In this document: positions 40,149 to 50,041 of the stretch, in pieces
Numbering within the stretch: position 1 is the stretch's first letter
Layout of the letters: the number at the start of each line of letters is the position of its first letter
Assembly (NCBI GenBank): GCA_963693055.1
Contig: OY843751.1
Coordinates: 4,032,001-4,096,000 of the forward strand
DNA length: 64,000 nt
Reading direction: 5' to 3'
From: a bacterium
GTDB taxonomy: Bacteria; Zhuqueibacterota; Zhuqueibacteria; Residuimicrobiales; Krinioviventaceae
The notes under the pieces: model-generated
What the model saw: the letters and a program-made list of their open reading frames with translations, nothing else
Told to the model about the DNA's origin: nothing
Databases searched by the model: none
Made by a program: the position numbers and the translations under genes

Positions 40149-40754
40149 TTGGCCAGGAATAAAGAATTAAATGAAAAACTCAAAGACGAGCGCAGAGACC
40201 TTATCCTAACAACTGCGCTATCCCTTTTTGCCTCGCGCGGACTCGCAGCCACAAAGATCACAGATATTGCCAAGGCTGCCAACATGTCACAGGGACTTTT
40301 GTATCACTATTATTCTTCCAAAGAAGAGATCTTTACCGAACTGGTAATCCGTGCGTTTGAACGGCTGGTCGCGGCAAGCCGGGGACTCGAATCAGATCCC
40401 TCTCCCCCAGCGGACAAGATCAAAATGGCAATCAAAGCCCTGCTGGAAGGATTTGAAAATAGCAAACACGCGGCCAATTATTACCTGCTCATTGCGCATG
40501 CGGAGCTGTCCAATGCCAGTCCGGATGAAGCCAAAACCGCAATTCAAAGATACTGGTACATCCCCTATCAGATCATGGAGGGGATTATGCGCAAGGGACA
40601 GCAGGACGGAACTATCAAAAATCACGATCCTGCTGAAATGGCCCAGTTGTTCTGGAATACCATCAATGGCATTGCCATGTACCGGGCCATGCACCCGGAT
40701 ATTTATCGTTCACCGGATATAAATATATTGTCCGGTATGTTTTTAAAAGAATAG
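40149..40754 (+). CDS. TetR/AcrR family regulator
   Basis: LFASRGLAATKITDIAKAANMSQGLLYHYYSSKEEI; start set at TTG 40149, downstream of the operator. Confidence 0.92.
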   Translation: MARNKELNEKLKDERRDLILTTALSLFASRGLAATKITDIAKAANMSQGLLYHYYSSKEEIFTELVIRAFERLVAASRGLESDPSPPADKIKMAIKALLEGFENSKHAANYYLLIAHAELSNASPDEAKTAIQRYWYIPYQIMEGIMRKGQQDGTIKNHDPAEMAQLFWNTINGIAMYRAMHPDIYRSPDINILSGMFLKE

Positions 40755-40770
40755 AATGGAGTAAAATAAA

Positions 40771-41706
40771 ATGCCCAGCTTTAAAAGTAAATTATTTGTA
40801 TTTATATTAAAAAACCGTCATTTGATGCAATTCAGATTCAAACGTACAACCTCTGTTGATGAAAGAACAGATGTACAAAAGTTACGCGCGCAGGTAGAAC
40901 GTGGAGGCGGATTCTGGGGCAAGCTTCCCAAGGATTACGAATTCATCCCTATCGACATTGACGGATTGGATGCCGAATGGATGTATCCACTCAATGCGGA
41001 CAAGAACAAAGCCATCCTTTATTTTCACGGAGGCGGACTCGTTTTGGGATCCATCAACGCACACCGCAGTATCGTAGTAAAATTTGTACAGGATACCGGT
41101 ATAGGTGCCATGTTGTTTGATTACGCTTTGGCCCCGGAAAATCCTTATCCTGCAGGATTAAATGACTCTGTCAAAGCATACCAGTACATGCTAGATAAAG
41201 GCATAAAACCGGAAAACATTGCGTTTATGGGAGATTCCGGCGGCGGAAATCTGGTTTACGCAACCATGCTGGCATTAAAAGAGAAAAACATTCCCCTGCC
41301 CGGAGCAGCGGTGAGCTTGTCCGCCTGGACCGATCTTACCAACTCGGGTGAATCGTGGCAGTTTAACGATGAAAAAGACACCCTCTGCTGGAAAGACGCG
41401 CAAAAAGTATTTAGCGAGTACTATTGCGGGGACAATAATGATCCTAAAAATCCATTGATCTCTCCCCTGTTTGGCGATTTGTCAGGCCTCCCGCCCCTGC
41501 TCATGTATGCTGGTGGCGACGAGGGTATGCTCAGCGATACCACACGCTTTGCGGAAAAAGCCAAATCCGCGGGTGTTGATGTGACCCTGCGCGTGGGTGA
41601 GGGACTCTTTCACTGCTATCCCGCTTGTGCGCCCATCTTTCCCGAAGCCACAGAAGCCAAAGACGAGATTTGCGCGTTTATTAAGGAAAAACTGAATATA
41701 AAATAA
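40771..41706 (+). CDS. Alpha/beta hydrolase (HSL-family esterase)
   Basis: HGGG, DYALAPE.PYP, GDSGGG, GLFH. Confidence 0.92.
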   Translation: MPSFKSKLFVFILKNRHLMQFRFKRTTSVDERTDVQKLRAQVERGGGFWGKLPKDYEFIPIDIDGLDAEWMYPLNADKNKAILYFHGGGLVLGSINAHRSIVVKFVQDTGIGAMLFDYALAPENPYPAGLNDSVKAYQYMLDKGIKPENIAFMGDSGGGNLVYATMLALKEKNIPLPGAAVSLSAWTDLTNSGESWQFNDEKDTLCWKDAQKVFSEYYCGDNNDPKNPLISPLFGDLSGLPPLLMYAGGDEGMLSDTTRFAEKAKSAGVDVTLRVGEGLFHCYPACAPIFPEATEAKDEICAFIKEKLNIK

Positions 41707-41721
41707 GAAACGGCCTTTTAA

Positions 41722-41992
41722 TTAACGCCGAGTGCGCAGAGTAAAGCATAGAAATCCTTTGCGACCTTTGCGGCCACTGCGTTAATTACTCGATCCCAAA
41801 CTCTGTTTATCCAATGACTTTTCCCCTGCTTGAATTAAGATTTAAGGATAATTAGGGTTCATATTGTCTGTTTTTCAAATCCGAGAATCTTATTCATCCT
41901 AAAAATCTTAATTCAGACAATTATTCCCGTCTCACATCTGACGTTTCACCTCTCAACTGACAACTGAATACTGATAGCTTATAGCTGACAGC
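41722..41992. repeat. Composite REP-like cluster plus heptamers
   Basis: TTAACGC...GCGTTAA element; TGAATTAAGATT...AATCTTAATTCA inverted pair; degenerate CTGAYAA units. Confidence 0.6.
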
Positions 41993-42078
41993 TTTTCTCG
42001 TAAAAAATAAACATTTCCAATTAACCCCCAAAATCACTAAATTACCCAATAAATACAAATATAATACGAGAGAAAACC

Positions 42079-43074
42079 ATGCCCACCCTTTTGATACAGA
42101 TTGCACCACAGCGCAGTACCCAATATTCCGAACTGGCAAGTCTGCTTGCACCCATTGAAATCCAGCTCTCTCCCCTGGGCAAACAGATTACATTCATTGA
42201 ACCCGTTGAACTGGGGGGACAAACATATCACAAATGCCAGATCGACACCGAACCGGATGAAAATCTTTTACAAGAGCTGGGCAGACTGGCCATGAGCAGT
42301 GCCAGCTTTACCTATTATGATCAAATCGGAGATCAGCAGGGGCCGTTTTTACGTCCGCTTGACACCCAATACCCAACGTTTTTCCCAAAAGACCTGATCA
42401 CAACCCGGCGTTACCAGGGCAAGACCAACGAGCTCTTTACCCAGTTCATGTGCAATATTGCCAGATACAGCAGTGATTTCGCAAACAAACCTTGGACCGA
42501 TCTACGCTTATTTGATCCCCTTGCAGGAGGGGGTACGACAATGTTTGTAGGAATGGTATACGGAGCAGAGACCGCTGGTGTGGAGCAGAATAAAAAAAGC
42601 GCACAAACAACTTCAGTTTTCATAAAACAATATATGAAACAACAAAACATACGTTGTATACTCAAAGAAGAACGCCTGAAAAAGATCAATGCCTACCGGT
42701 GGATATATTCCTTTGGCAGAGATCAGTCAATCCGTTGTTTCCTGGGTAAAGGCGAGATAGACCAATCCGTTCAACTGATATCAGGATTTAAAAAACCGCA
42801 TATGATCGTTGCGGACCTTCCCTACGGTATTCAACACAAGGGCGCATTAAACGATCTGCTTTCGAAAGCCCTCCCTATCTGGAACAATCTGCTGCTTCCG
42901 GGCGGAACACTGGTCTATTCCTGGGACTCTACCCGGTTTACCCGCGAAAAGATGGTTGATCTGGTCAAAAACGTATCGCCATTCCAGGTATTGGAAGGCG
43001 TTCCCTACGAAAACATGGGCCACCGTGTGGACCGTGTCATCAAAAACCGGGATGTGATTGTAGCAAAGGCATAG
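42079..43074 (+). CDS. TRM11-like SAM-dependent amino-methyltransferase
   Basis: DPLAGGGTT (motif I) and ADLPYG (motif IV), LLPGG. Confidence 0.75.
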   Translation: MPTLLIQIAPQRSTQYSELASLLAPIEIQLSPLGKQITFIEPVELGGQTYHKCQIDTEPDENLLQELGRLAMSSASFTYYDQIGDQQGPFLRPLDTQYPTFFPKDLITTRRYQGKTNELFTQFMCNIARYSSDFANKPWTDLRLFDPLAGGGTTMFVGMVYGAETAGVEQNKKSAQTTSVFIKQYMKQQNIRCILKEERLKKINAYRWIYSFGRDQSIRCFLGKGEIDQSVQLISGFKKPHMIVADLPYGIQHKGALNDLLSKALPIWNNLLLPGGTLVYSWDSTRFTREKMVDLVKNVSPFQVLEGVPYENMGHRVDRVIKNRDVIVAKA

Positions 43075-43150
43075 GGAATTAGATACAATCCTCCTGAGGG
43101 CTCGTGGTTTTTGGGAGGTTATGCTCTGTTTTTTCCAGTACAGAGCACTA

Positions 43151-43268
43151 GTCTGAATTAAAATTCAAACTCAAACAATCCTCTCTAATCAGGGTTATCC
43201 TATAATCCTGTGAATCTGGGTTCAATCCGGGTAATCTGGGTTAATCTTTTTTAATCCGGGTCAAGATT
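43151..43268. repeat. 9-mer AATCnnnnn repeat array
   Basis: GTCTGAATT followed by AATCAGGGT, AATCCTGTG, AATCTGGGT, AATCCGGGT units. Confidence 0.6.
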
Positions 43269-43397
43269 TTATATTGCTTTTTTCTATAAAAATCACTTTA
43301 TTAGTATTCGCTGTAAAGGGGCGGGCCAAAAGAGAAACCTTTCTATTTTTTAAACCAAAATTTCCTGAATCAAAAACTCCAGTATTAGGGGAAAAGC

Positions 43398-46300
43398 GTG
43401 AATACAATAAAATACGTATGCCTGTACATCTTTACATTTATTTCAATAACACTATCTCAAGACATTCAAATTCAATGGGTCAAAAATTTTGATTATGCTT
43501 CTAGCATTGATTTTGCACATGATGGAGGATTTATTTTTCTGGCACGTGATGAAATATACAAGATTGATGATCAAGGCACGGTTAAAGATGTTTGGCCGCT
43601 GGATTCAGAACACGATAACCGACATTTTAGTAATCTCAAAAAGTGTAATGAAGGGTATATAATAATAGGTACTGATGTAATTGAAAGCGGATACCGAGAA
43701 CACGTATTGCTGAAAAAACTTGACAACCAGGGCCGGCTGGTATGGGAAAAATCAGGTTACTCTGGTGGTGAATGTAGTGGTAGACTAGTCAGACAAACAC
43801 GTGACAATGGCTACATTCTTTATTACACTTATTGGAATCCGGCTGATCCACCGGCAAGCGGCCCCGATGACGCTCGGATAATGAAAACGGACCCAAATGG
43901 AGAAGAAGAATGGGATTATGAAATTGGCTCTTTTGAAGGCGGTATCAGAGCATTTCATCAAACCACAGATGATGGTTATATAGTAGCCTATAATGTGTAT
44001 GGAGATTATAATGGCTTGTATGGTAGATTACTCCGGTTAACCGCAGATGGCCGGGAAATATGGAAGAAAAAATATAAAGAGTATTTACAAGACGCTTTAC
44101 CAATAGATGATGGTGGTTTCATTATATGCGGTAACAATTATTCAAAGGATAATCCTGTACGTAACACAGCTTATCTTAGAAAAGTAGATGAAAATGGAGA
44201 TGAAATTTGGAAAAAGACTTTTCATAGTGATATGTCTTATGCCTGGTTTTACAACATAACAAAATTGGAAGACAATAGTTATCTATTATATGGAAATATT
44301 TATGATACATATTCGCAAACAAAAGGCTGGCTGATTAAAACAGATAGTTTAGGTAATAAAATCTGGGAAAAAACATTTACAGAACTTGATAATATAAATC
44401 AAGTTTTAAAAATCTCCAACAATGAATTTCTTTTATTGGGTAAAAAGGATGATTATAAAACGTTAATAAAACTACAAGAAAATACCCAGCAAGATCCCAC
44501 AAGTTTTGCATTAATTGATCCTGTATTTTATAAATTGGGTGTTGGTAAACAACTTGTTCTCGACTGGACCAGCATTGCCAAAGCCTCATCATACCTCGTT
44601 GAATTGGATGATAACATTGACATGTCAAGCCCCCTTATCTCAAAAACGATTACAAACAGTTCAAGTTGTAACATCGATAGTTTGTCATATTCAACACAAT
44701 ATTATTGGAGAGTCAGGGCCCAATTCCCGGATGATTCAGGTCAATGGTCCGGAATTAGCACATTTACAACCATGCTCCCTCCCCACATAGAGTTTAATGG
44801 AAAAGAATACAATATGTCATATATTGATGTTGGTGATCGATACTATACAGACAGAGAGTATATTATAACAGAAATGCCAGATCCATTGAATAATTGTTTA
44901 TGGATCAAAACCCCAAACAGTGAAAAGTATATAACAGATGACAATTATATTCAATTTCAGTTAAAAAGGGATGCAACTATCTATATCGCCTACGACAACC
45001 GCGCCAGCGCTGTCCCATATTGGTTATCATCCGATTTTGAACAAACCGAATATACCATTCAGAATTCTGATGAAGAAAGTAATTTCACTATCTGGAAAGG
45101 CCAATTCTCAGCAGGTGATGTAACATTGGGAGCAAATTCAGCAAGCGGTGCAGAAGGTGTACTAACAAATTATATTGTGTTAATAGATATACCCATCCAA
45201 ATGCTCGACCCCAGGCACAACAAAACCGGGATTGGAAATGATTTATACTTTAGCTGGGAACCATTGGGCAATTACGGGTCTCATGATTTACAAATCAACA
45301 ATACACCTAATATGTCGTCGCCCTTGTATAATATTACTAATATTGGGAATTCCAGGTATCTATTTGAAGGATTGGAGTATAATAAAGACTATTACTGGAG
45401 GATTAAAGCGCATAATCGCAACGATAAGAATGCCTGGTCTCAAATACAAAAATTTCATACAATGAATGAACCTCCAATTGAAATAATATCTTATTATGAT
45501 GGGGATAAATATGTATTATCATGGCTTGAAGAAAATGATCAATACTATGTTGATCGAAATGATATAGTCCTTTCCATCCCCGATCCCTTGAAAAATTTGT
45601 TTTGGATTAAAACAGCAAATGATGATGCACAAAAAGCCTCTAATTATCATCTGCACATTCGATTAAAAAATGAAGCAACCATCTATGTTGGTTTTGATTC
45701 AAGGGCTACTTCCCTGCCCAATTGGGTAACAGATAATTTTAGTAATACCGGCTTGACCATAAAAGTTTCGGATGAAGCAAATGAATTAAATATATGGTCC
45801 AGAAATATTGATAAAGGCTATACCCACTTTGGGGGAAACATGGCAGAAGGTGCTGAAAATATCAAAAGCCATTATGTCGTTTTAATAGATACAAACCAGG
45901 TCCCTCCCCTGTCCGCTCATTTTGGTTCAGATGTAACCTCAGGAGTACTCCCGTTAACCGTTAATTTCGCAGACAGTTCTCAGGGTTATATAACGTCATG
46001 GTTATGGGATTTTGGTGATGGATCGACCTCTATAGAGCAGAATCCCTCACATACCTATGAAAACGCAGGCAGCTACACTGTTAGTTTAACAGTAAGTGGA
46101 CTGGGTGGTTCTGATACCATAACAAAAGAAAATTATATTACCGTAAAAAATGTGATAGCAAATTTCAGTGCGGATGTGACTATGGGAAAAGCACCGCTAA
46201 CCGTAAGTTTCACCGACAGCTCACAGGGTGAAATCGACGCATGGTTATGGAAATTTGGAGACGGACTCACAAGCACGTCGCAAAATCCAACGCATGTATA

Positions 46301-46691
46301 CACATCTGGCGACTCGTTCACCGTATCGCTTTTTGTGCGTGGACCAGGTGGATCAAATACAATTGTCAAATCGAATTATATAATAGTGGATCATCCAACA
46401 TCTATTGACGACATGGCCGGGATACCGGAAAAGTTCGATCTGCTTCCCAACTATCCCAATCCATTTAATCCGCAAACCACCATCCGGTATGCGGTACCGA
46501 AAAGGTCAGTTGTAAATATAACGATATATGATATCAATGGAAAATTAGTAAACAATTTATTCTCCGGAATCAAAAATCCGGGGAATTATGCTATCACATG
46601 GAACGCCTCAGGCTTTTCATCCGGCATGTATTTCATCAAAATGGATACGGATAGCTACTCGTCTGTTAGAAAATGTATACTGGTAAAATAA
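43398..46691 (+). CDS. Array paralog 1: secreted beta-propeller / FN3-like / 2x unknown module / 2x PKD / CTD protein
   Basis: GTG start; signal peptide; KTD..G...WEK blade repeats; YYWRV FN3-like; WDFGDG PKD; YPNPFNP CTD. Confidence 0.9.
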   Translation: MNTIKYVCLYIFTFISITLSQDIQIQWVKNFDYASSIDFAHDGGFIFLARDEIYKIDDQGTVKDVWPLDSEHDNRHFSNLKKCNEGYIIIGTDVIESGYREHVLLKKLDNQGRLVWEKSGYSGGECSGRLVRQTRDNGYILYYTYWNPADPPASGPDDARIMKTDPNGEEEWDYEIGSFEGGIRAFHQTTDDGYIVAYNVYGDYNGLYGRLLRLTADGREIWKKKYKEYLQDALPIDDGGFIICGNNYSKDNPVRNTAYLRKVDENGDEIWKKTFHSDMSYAWFYNITKLEDNSYLLYGNIYDTYSQTKGWLIKTDSLGNKIWEKTFTELDNINQVLKISNNEFLLLGKKDDYKTLIKLQENTQQDPTSFALIDPVFYKLGVGKQLVLDWTSIAKASSYLVELDDNIDMSSPLISKTITNSSSCNIDSLSYSTQYYWRVRAQFPDDSGQWSGISTFTTMLPPHIEFNGKEYNMSYIDVGDRYYTDREYIITEMPDPLNNCLWIKTPNSEKYITDDNYIQFQLKRDATIYIAYDNRASAVPYWLSSDFEQTEYTIQNSDEESNFTIWKGQFSAGDVTLGANSASGAEGVLTNYIVLIDIPIQMLDPRHNKTGIGNDLYFSWEPLGNYGSHDLQINNTPNMSSPLYNITNIGNSRYLFEGLEYNKDYYWRIKAHNRNDKNAWSQIQKFHTMNEPPIEIISYYDGDKYVLSWLEENDQYYVDRNDIVLSIPDPLKNLFWIKTANDDAQKASNYHLHIRLKNEATIYVGFDSRATSLPNWVTDNFSNTGLTIKVSDEANELNIWSRNIDKGYTHFGGNMAEGAENIKSHYVVLIDTNQVPPLSAHFGSDVTSGVLPLTVNFADSSQGYITSWLWDFGDGSTSIEQNPSHTYENAGSYTVSLTVSGLGGSDTITKENYITVKNVIANFSADVTMGKAPLTVSFTDSSQGEIDAWLWKFGDGLTSTSQNPTHVYTSGDSFTVSLFVRGPGGSNTIVKSNYIIVDHPTSIDDMAGIPEKFDLLPNYPNPFNPQTTIRYAVPKRSVVNITIYDINGKLVNNLFSGIKNPGNYAITWNASGFSSGMYFIKMDTDSYSSVRKCILVK

Positions 46692-46707
46692 ATTTTAGGG
46701 GAAAACC

Positions 46708-49700
46708 GTGAATAAAATAAAAAATGTATGTCTGTTACTTATTTTAAGCTTTTCAGTAGTAATATCTCAAGACCTCCAAATTCAATGGTCAAAAACATAT
46801 GATTATAAATCCGGACATAACATTGATTTTTCACATGATGGAGGATTTTTTTTCACAAATAGTATTGAAGGGATTGTTAAGATTGATAATCAAGGAGCTG
46901 TGCAAGACGTCTGGCGTCCTGATTCTACATATGTATACTCGGTCTATAATAATGCACAAAAGTGTAATGAAGGATATATAATAATAGGTACAATTAATGA
47001 TGACAAAATCAAGGTAATATTAAAAAAACTTGACAATCAAGGGCGGCAGGAATGGAAAAAATATTTTTCCAGAGAAAATTATATTGATTATGAAGGTGCA
47101 GAAATTCACTTTCAAGACGAAGGTAAAATAGTCAAACAAACACGTGACAATGGTTACATTCTATTGAGTGAAGGACTCGAATCTGACAGTTTTTATTTCG
47201 ACTCTTACATTTGGTTAGTTAAAACAGACCCATACGGCAAAAAAGAATGGGATCATGAAATTGGCGTTGATAGCGGCTACATTAAAGCAATACATCAAAC
47301 ATCGGATGATGGTTATTTAGTAGCATATAACGAATATGACGACTATGATCGCGATTCTGGTATATTGCTCCGGTTAACATCAGATGGACAGAGAATCTGG
47401 AAAAAGGAATATGATGAGTTATTAGAATACGTATTGCCAGCTGATGATGGCGGATTCTTTATTGGCGGTAACATTTATTCAAGGTATAACCTTACACAAA
47501 ATACATCTCAGTTAAAAAAGGTAGACAAAAATGGAGATGAAATTTGGAAAAAGACGTTTCACTATGAATCTGCAGGTTCCCGTTTAAACAGCATGATAAA
47601 ATTGGATGACAATAGCTATTTATCAAGTGGTTACATTTATGATTCAGGTTCGCAATCAACAAAAGGCTGGTTAATCAAAACGGATAGTTTGGGTAATGAA
47701 ATATGGGAAAAAACATTTGTAGAGATTGATAATATAATACAAGCTTTACAAATCTCCCAAAATGAATTTATCTTACTCGGCAACAAGGGAGGCTATACAA
47801 CCATAATTAAAGCAAAAGAATACATACAGCAAGGTTCTACTATACTTGACTTATTAGAACCTGTAAACTATAAAATGGGGGTTGGTACCCAACTGTGTCT
47901 GGATTGGACCATCTATGAAAATGCTTCATCATACCTCATTGAAATTGATGATAACATTGACATGTCTAGCCCCTTCATTTCAAAAACTGTCTCAAGCAAT
48001 TCAAACTGCATCATTAATGGATTATCCTATTCAACACAATATTTCTGGAGGGTCAGGGCCAATTTACCTGATGGATCAGACCATTGGTCTAATACCAGTT
48101 CATTCAAAACAATGCGCGCACCCTCAATCGAGTTCAACCTACCGGAAGGCTATTGCAGTTCATATGTAGATGTTGGCGATCAATATTACACAGACAGAGA
48201 ATATACCATAACAGAACTGCCGGAGCCATTGAAAAATTGTCTGTGGATCAAAACCCAAAACAGCGATAAATATTTAACCGACGATGATTACATTCAATTT
48301 CAGTTAACCAGAGATGCAACCATCTATATCGCCTATGACAATCGTGCAAGCGCTGTCCCCCATTGGTTGTTATCCGGTTTTGAACAAACTGGATATACGA
48401 TTCAGAGTTCTGATGATGAAAGTACCTTTAATATCTGGAAGGGCCGGTTCCCGGCAGGTGATGTAACATTAGGGGCAAATTCGGCAACTGGAGCAGAGGG
48501 TGTGCAAACAAATTATATTGTTCTCATAGATATACCTATCCAAATGCTTGATCCCAGGGACAACAAATCAGGGATTGGAAATGATGTAATCTTTAGCTGG
48601 GAAACACCGGGCAATTTTGGATCATATGATTTACAAATCAGTGAAAATCAGAATATGTCGTCACCATTACAAAATATTAACAACATATTGAGTCCGAGGT
48701 ATCTATTAAAAGGATTGGATTATAATAAAGACTATTACTGGAGGGTCAAAGCGCACAATCGTAATGATGAGAACGCTTGGCACGAGACACAAAGAATCCA
48801 TACGATGGATTACCCGAAAGTTAGTATTTATTATAATAGAGATAACCAAGTATTAGCCTGGATTGAAGAAAATGATCAATACTATATTGACTGTAATGAT
48901 GTGGTCATTTCCATCCCGGATCAGTTGAAAAATTTATTATGGATTAAAACAGCAAATAATAAAGCAACATTAGAATATGATAGTTTTGAAATTCACCTGG
49001 GGAATAAAGCAACTATCTATGTTGGATTTGATTCAAGGGCCACATCCCTGCCCAACTGGGTAACTGACAATTATAGAAATACCGGCTTGACCATAAAAGT
49101 TTCGGATGAAGCAAATGAATTAAATATATGGTCCAGAAATGTTGATAAAGGCTCTGTCTACATGAGTACAATCATGGCAGAAGGCGCTGAAAACATCAAA
49201 AGCAATTATGTCGTTTTAATAGATACCAACCAGGTACAACCTCTTTTAGCTGATTTTGGTTCAGATGTAACAACGGGAGTGCTACCGTTAACCGTTAATT
49301 TGGCAGACAGTTCTAAGGGTTTTATAACATCATGGTTTTGGGATTTTGGTGATGGAACGACCTCTACAGAAAAAAATCCCTCCCACACCTTTAAAAACTC
49401 GGGAAACTATACGGTGAGTTTGACAATAAACGGTCCGGACAGTTCTGATACTATCATGAAAGAAAATTACATTTCAGTTAAAAATGTGATTGGAAATTTC
49501 AGTGCGGATGTGACTATGGGACAAGCTCCACTCACTGTGAGTTTTACCGACAGCTCGCTGGGCGAAATTGATGCATGGTTATGGAAGTTTGGAGACGGAC
49601 TCACAAGCACAGCGCAAAATCCATCGCACGTTTACACCTCTGGCGACTCATTCACCGTATCGCTGTTCGTGCGCGGACCCGGTGGATCAAATACAATTGT

Positions 49701-50025
49701 CAAAACTAATTTCATTATTGTAGACCACCCCACATCCATAAATGACATGGCCGGGATACCGGATAAATTCGATTTACTACCCAATTACCCCAATCCATTT
49801 AATCCGCAAACTACGATACGTTTTGCGGTACCGAAGAAATCATTTGTTAAAATTACAATATTTGATATAAACGGAAAACTGGTCCAGAACTTATTTTCCG
49901 GCACCAAAAATCCGGGGCATTATGCCATCACATGGAACGCCTCAGGCTTTTCATCCGGCATGTATTTCATCAAAATGGATACGGATAGCTACTCGTCTGT
50001 TAGAAAATGTATACTGGTAAAATAA
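46708..50025 (+). CDS. Array paralog 2
   Basis: Same architecture as paralog 1; TTAGGGGAAAACC-GTG start. Confidence 0.9.
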   Translation: MNKIKNVCLLLILSFSVVISQDLQIQWSKTYDYKSGHNIDFSHDGGFFFTNSIEGIVKIDNQGAVQDVWRPDSTYVYSVYNNAQKCNEGYIIIGTINDDKIKVILKKLDNQGRQEWKKYFSRENYIDYEGAEIHFQDEGKIVKQTRDNGYILLSEGLESDSFYFDSYIWLVKTDPYGKKEWDHEIGVDSGYIKAIHQTSDDGYLVAYNEYDDYDRDSGILLRLTSDGQRIWKKEYDELLEYVLPADDGGFFIGGNIYSRYNLTQNTSQLKKVDKNGDEIWKKTFHYESAGSRLNSMIKLDDNSYLSSGYIYDSGSQSTKGWLIKTDSLGNEIWEKTFVEIDNIIQALQISQNEFILLGNKGGYTTIIKAKEYIQQGSTILDLLEPVNYKMGVGTQLCLDWTIYENASSYLIEIDDNIDMSSPFISKTVSSNSNCIINGLSYSTQYFWRVRANLPDGSDHWSNTSSFKTMRAPSIEFNLPEGYCSSYVDVGDQYYTDREYTITELPEPLKNCLWIKTQNSDKYLTDDDYIQFQLTRDATIYIAYDNRASAVPHWLLSGFEQTGYTIQSSDDESTFNIWKGRFPAGDVTLGANSATGAEGVQTNYIVLIDIPIQMLDPRDNKSGIGNDVIFSWETPGNFGSYDLQISENQNMSSPLQNINNILSPRYLLKGLDYNKDYYWRVKAHNRNDENAWHETQRIHTMDYPKVSIYYNRDNQVLAWIEENDQYYIDCNDVVISIPDQLKNLLWIKTANNKATLEYDSFEIHLGNKATIYVGFDSRATSLPNWVTDNYRNTGLTIKVSDEANELNIWSRNVDKGSVYMSTIMAEGAENIKSNYVVLIDTNQVQPLLADFGSDVTTGVLPLTVNLADSSKGFITSWFWDFGDGTTSTEKNPSHTFKNSGNYTVSLTINGPDSSDTIMKENYISVKNVIGNFSADVTMGQAPLTVSFTDSSLGEIDAWLWKFGDGLTSTAQNPSHVYTSGDSFTVSLFVRGPGGSNTIVKTNFIIVDHPTSINDMAGIPDKFDLLPNYPNPFNPQTTIRFAVPKKSFVKITIFDINGKLVQNLFSGTKNPGHYAITWNASGFSSGMYFIKMDTDSYSSVRKCILVK

Positions 50026-50041
50026 ATTTTAGGGGAAAACC

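Noticed and set aside
46133-46369. Recurrent antisense ORFs (MTIVFDP...) in each paralog
   Set aside because: Shadow frames of the conserved PKD coding sequence.
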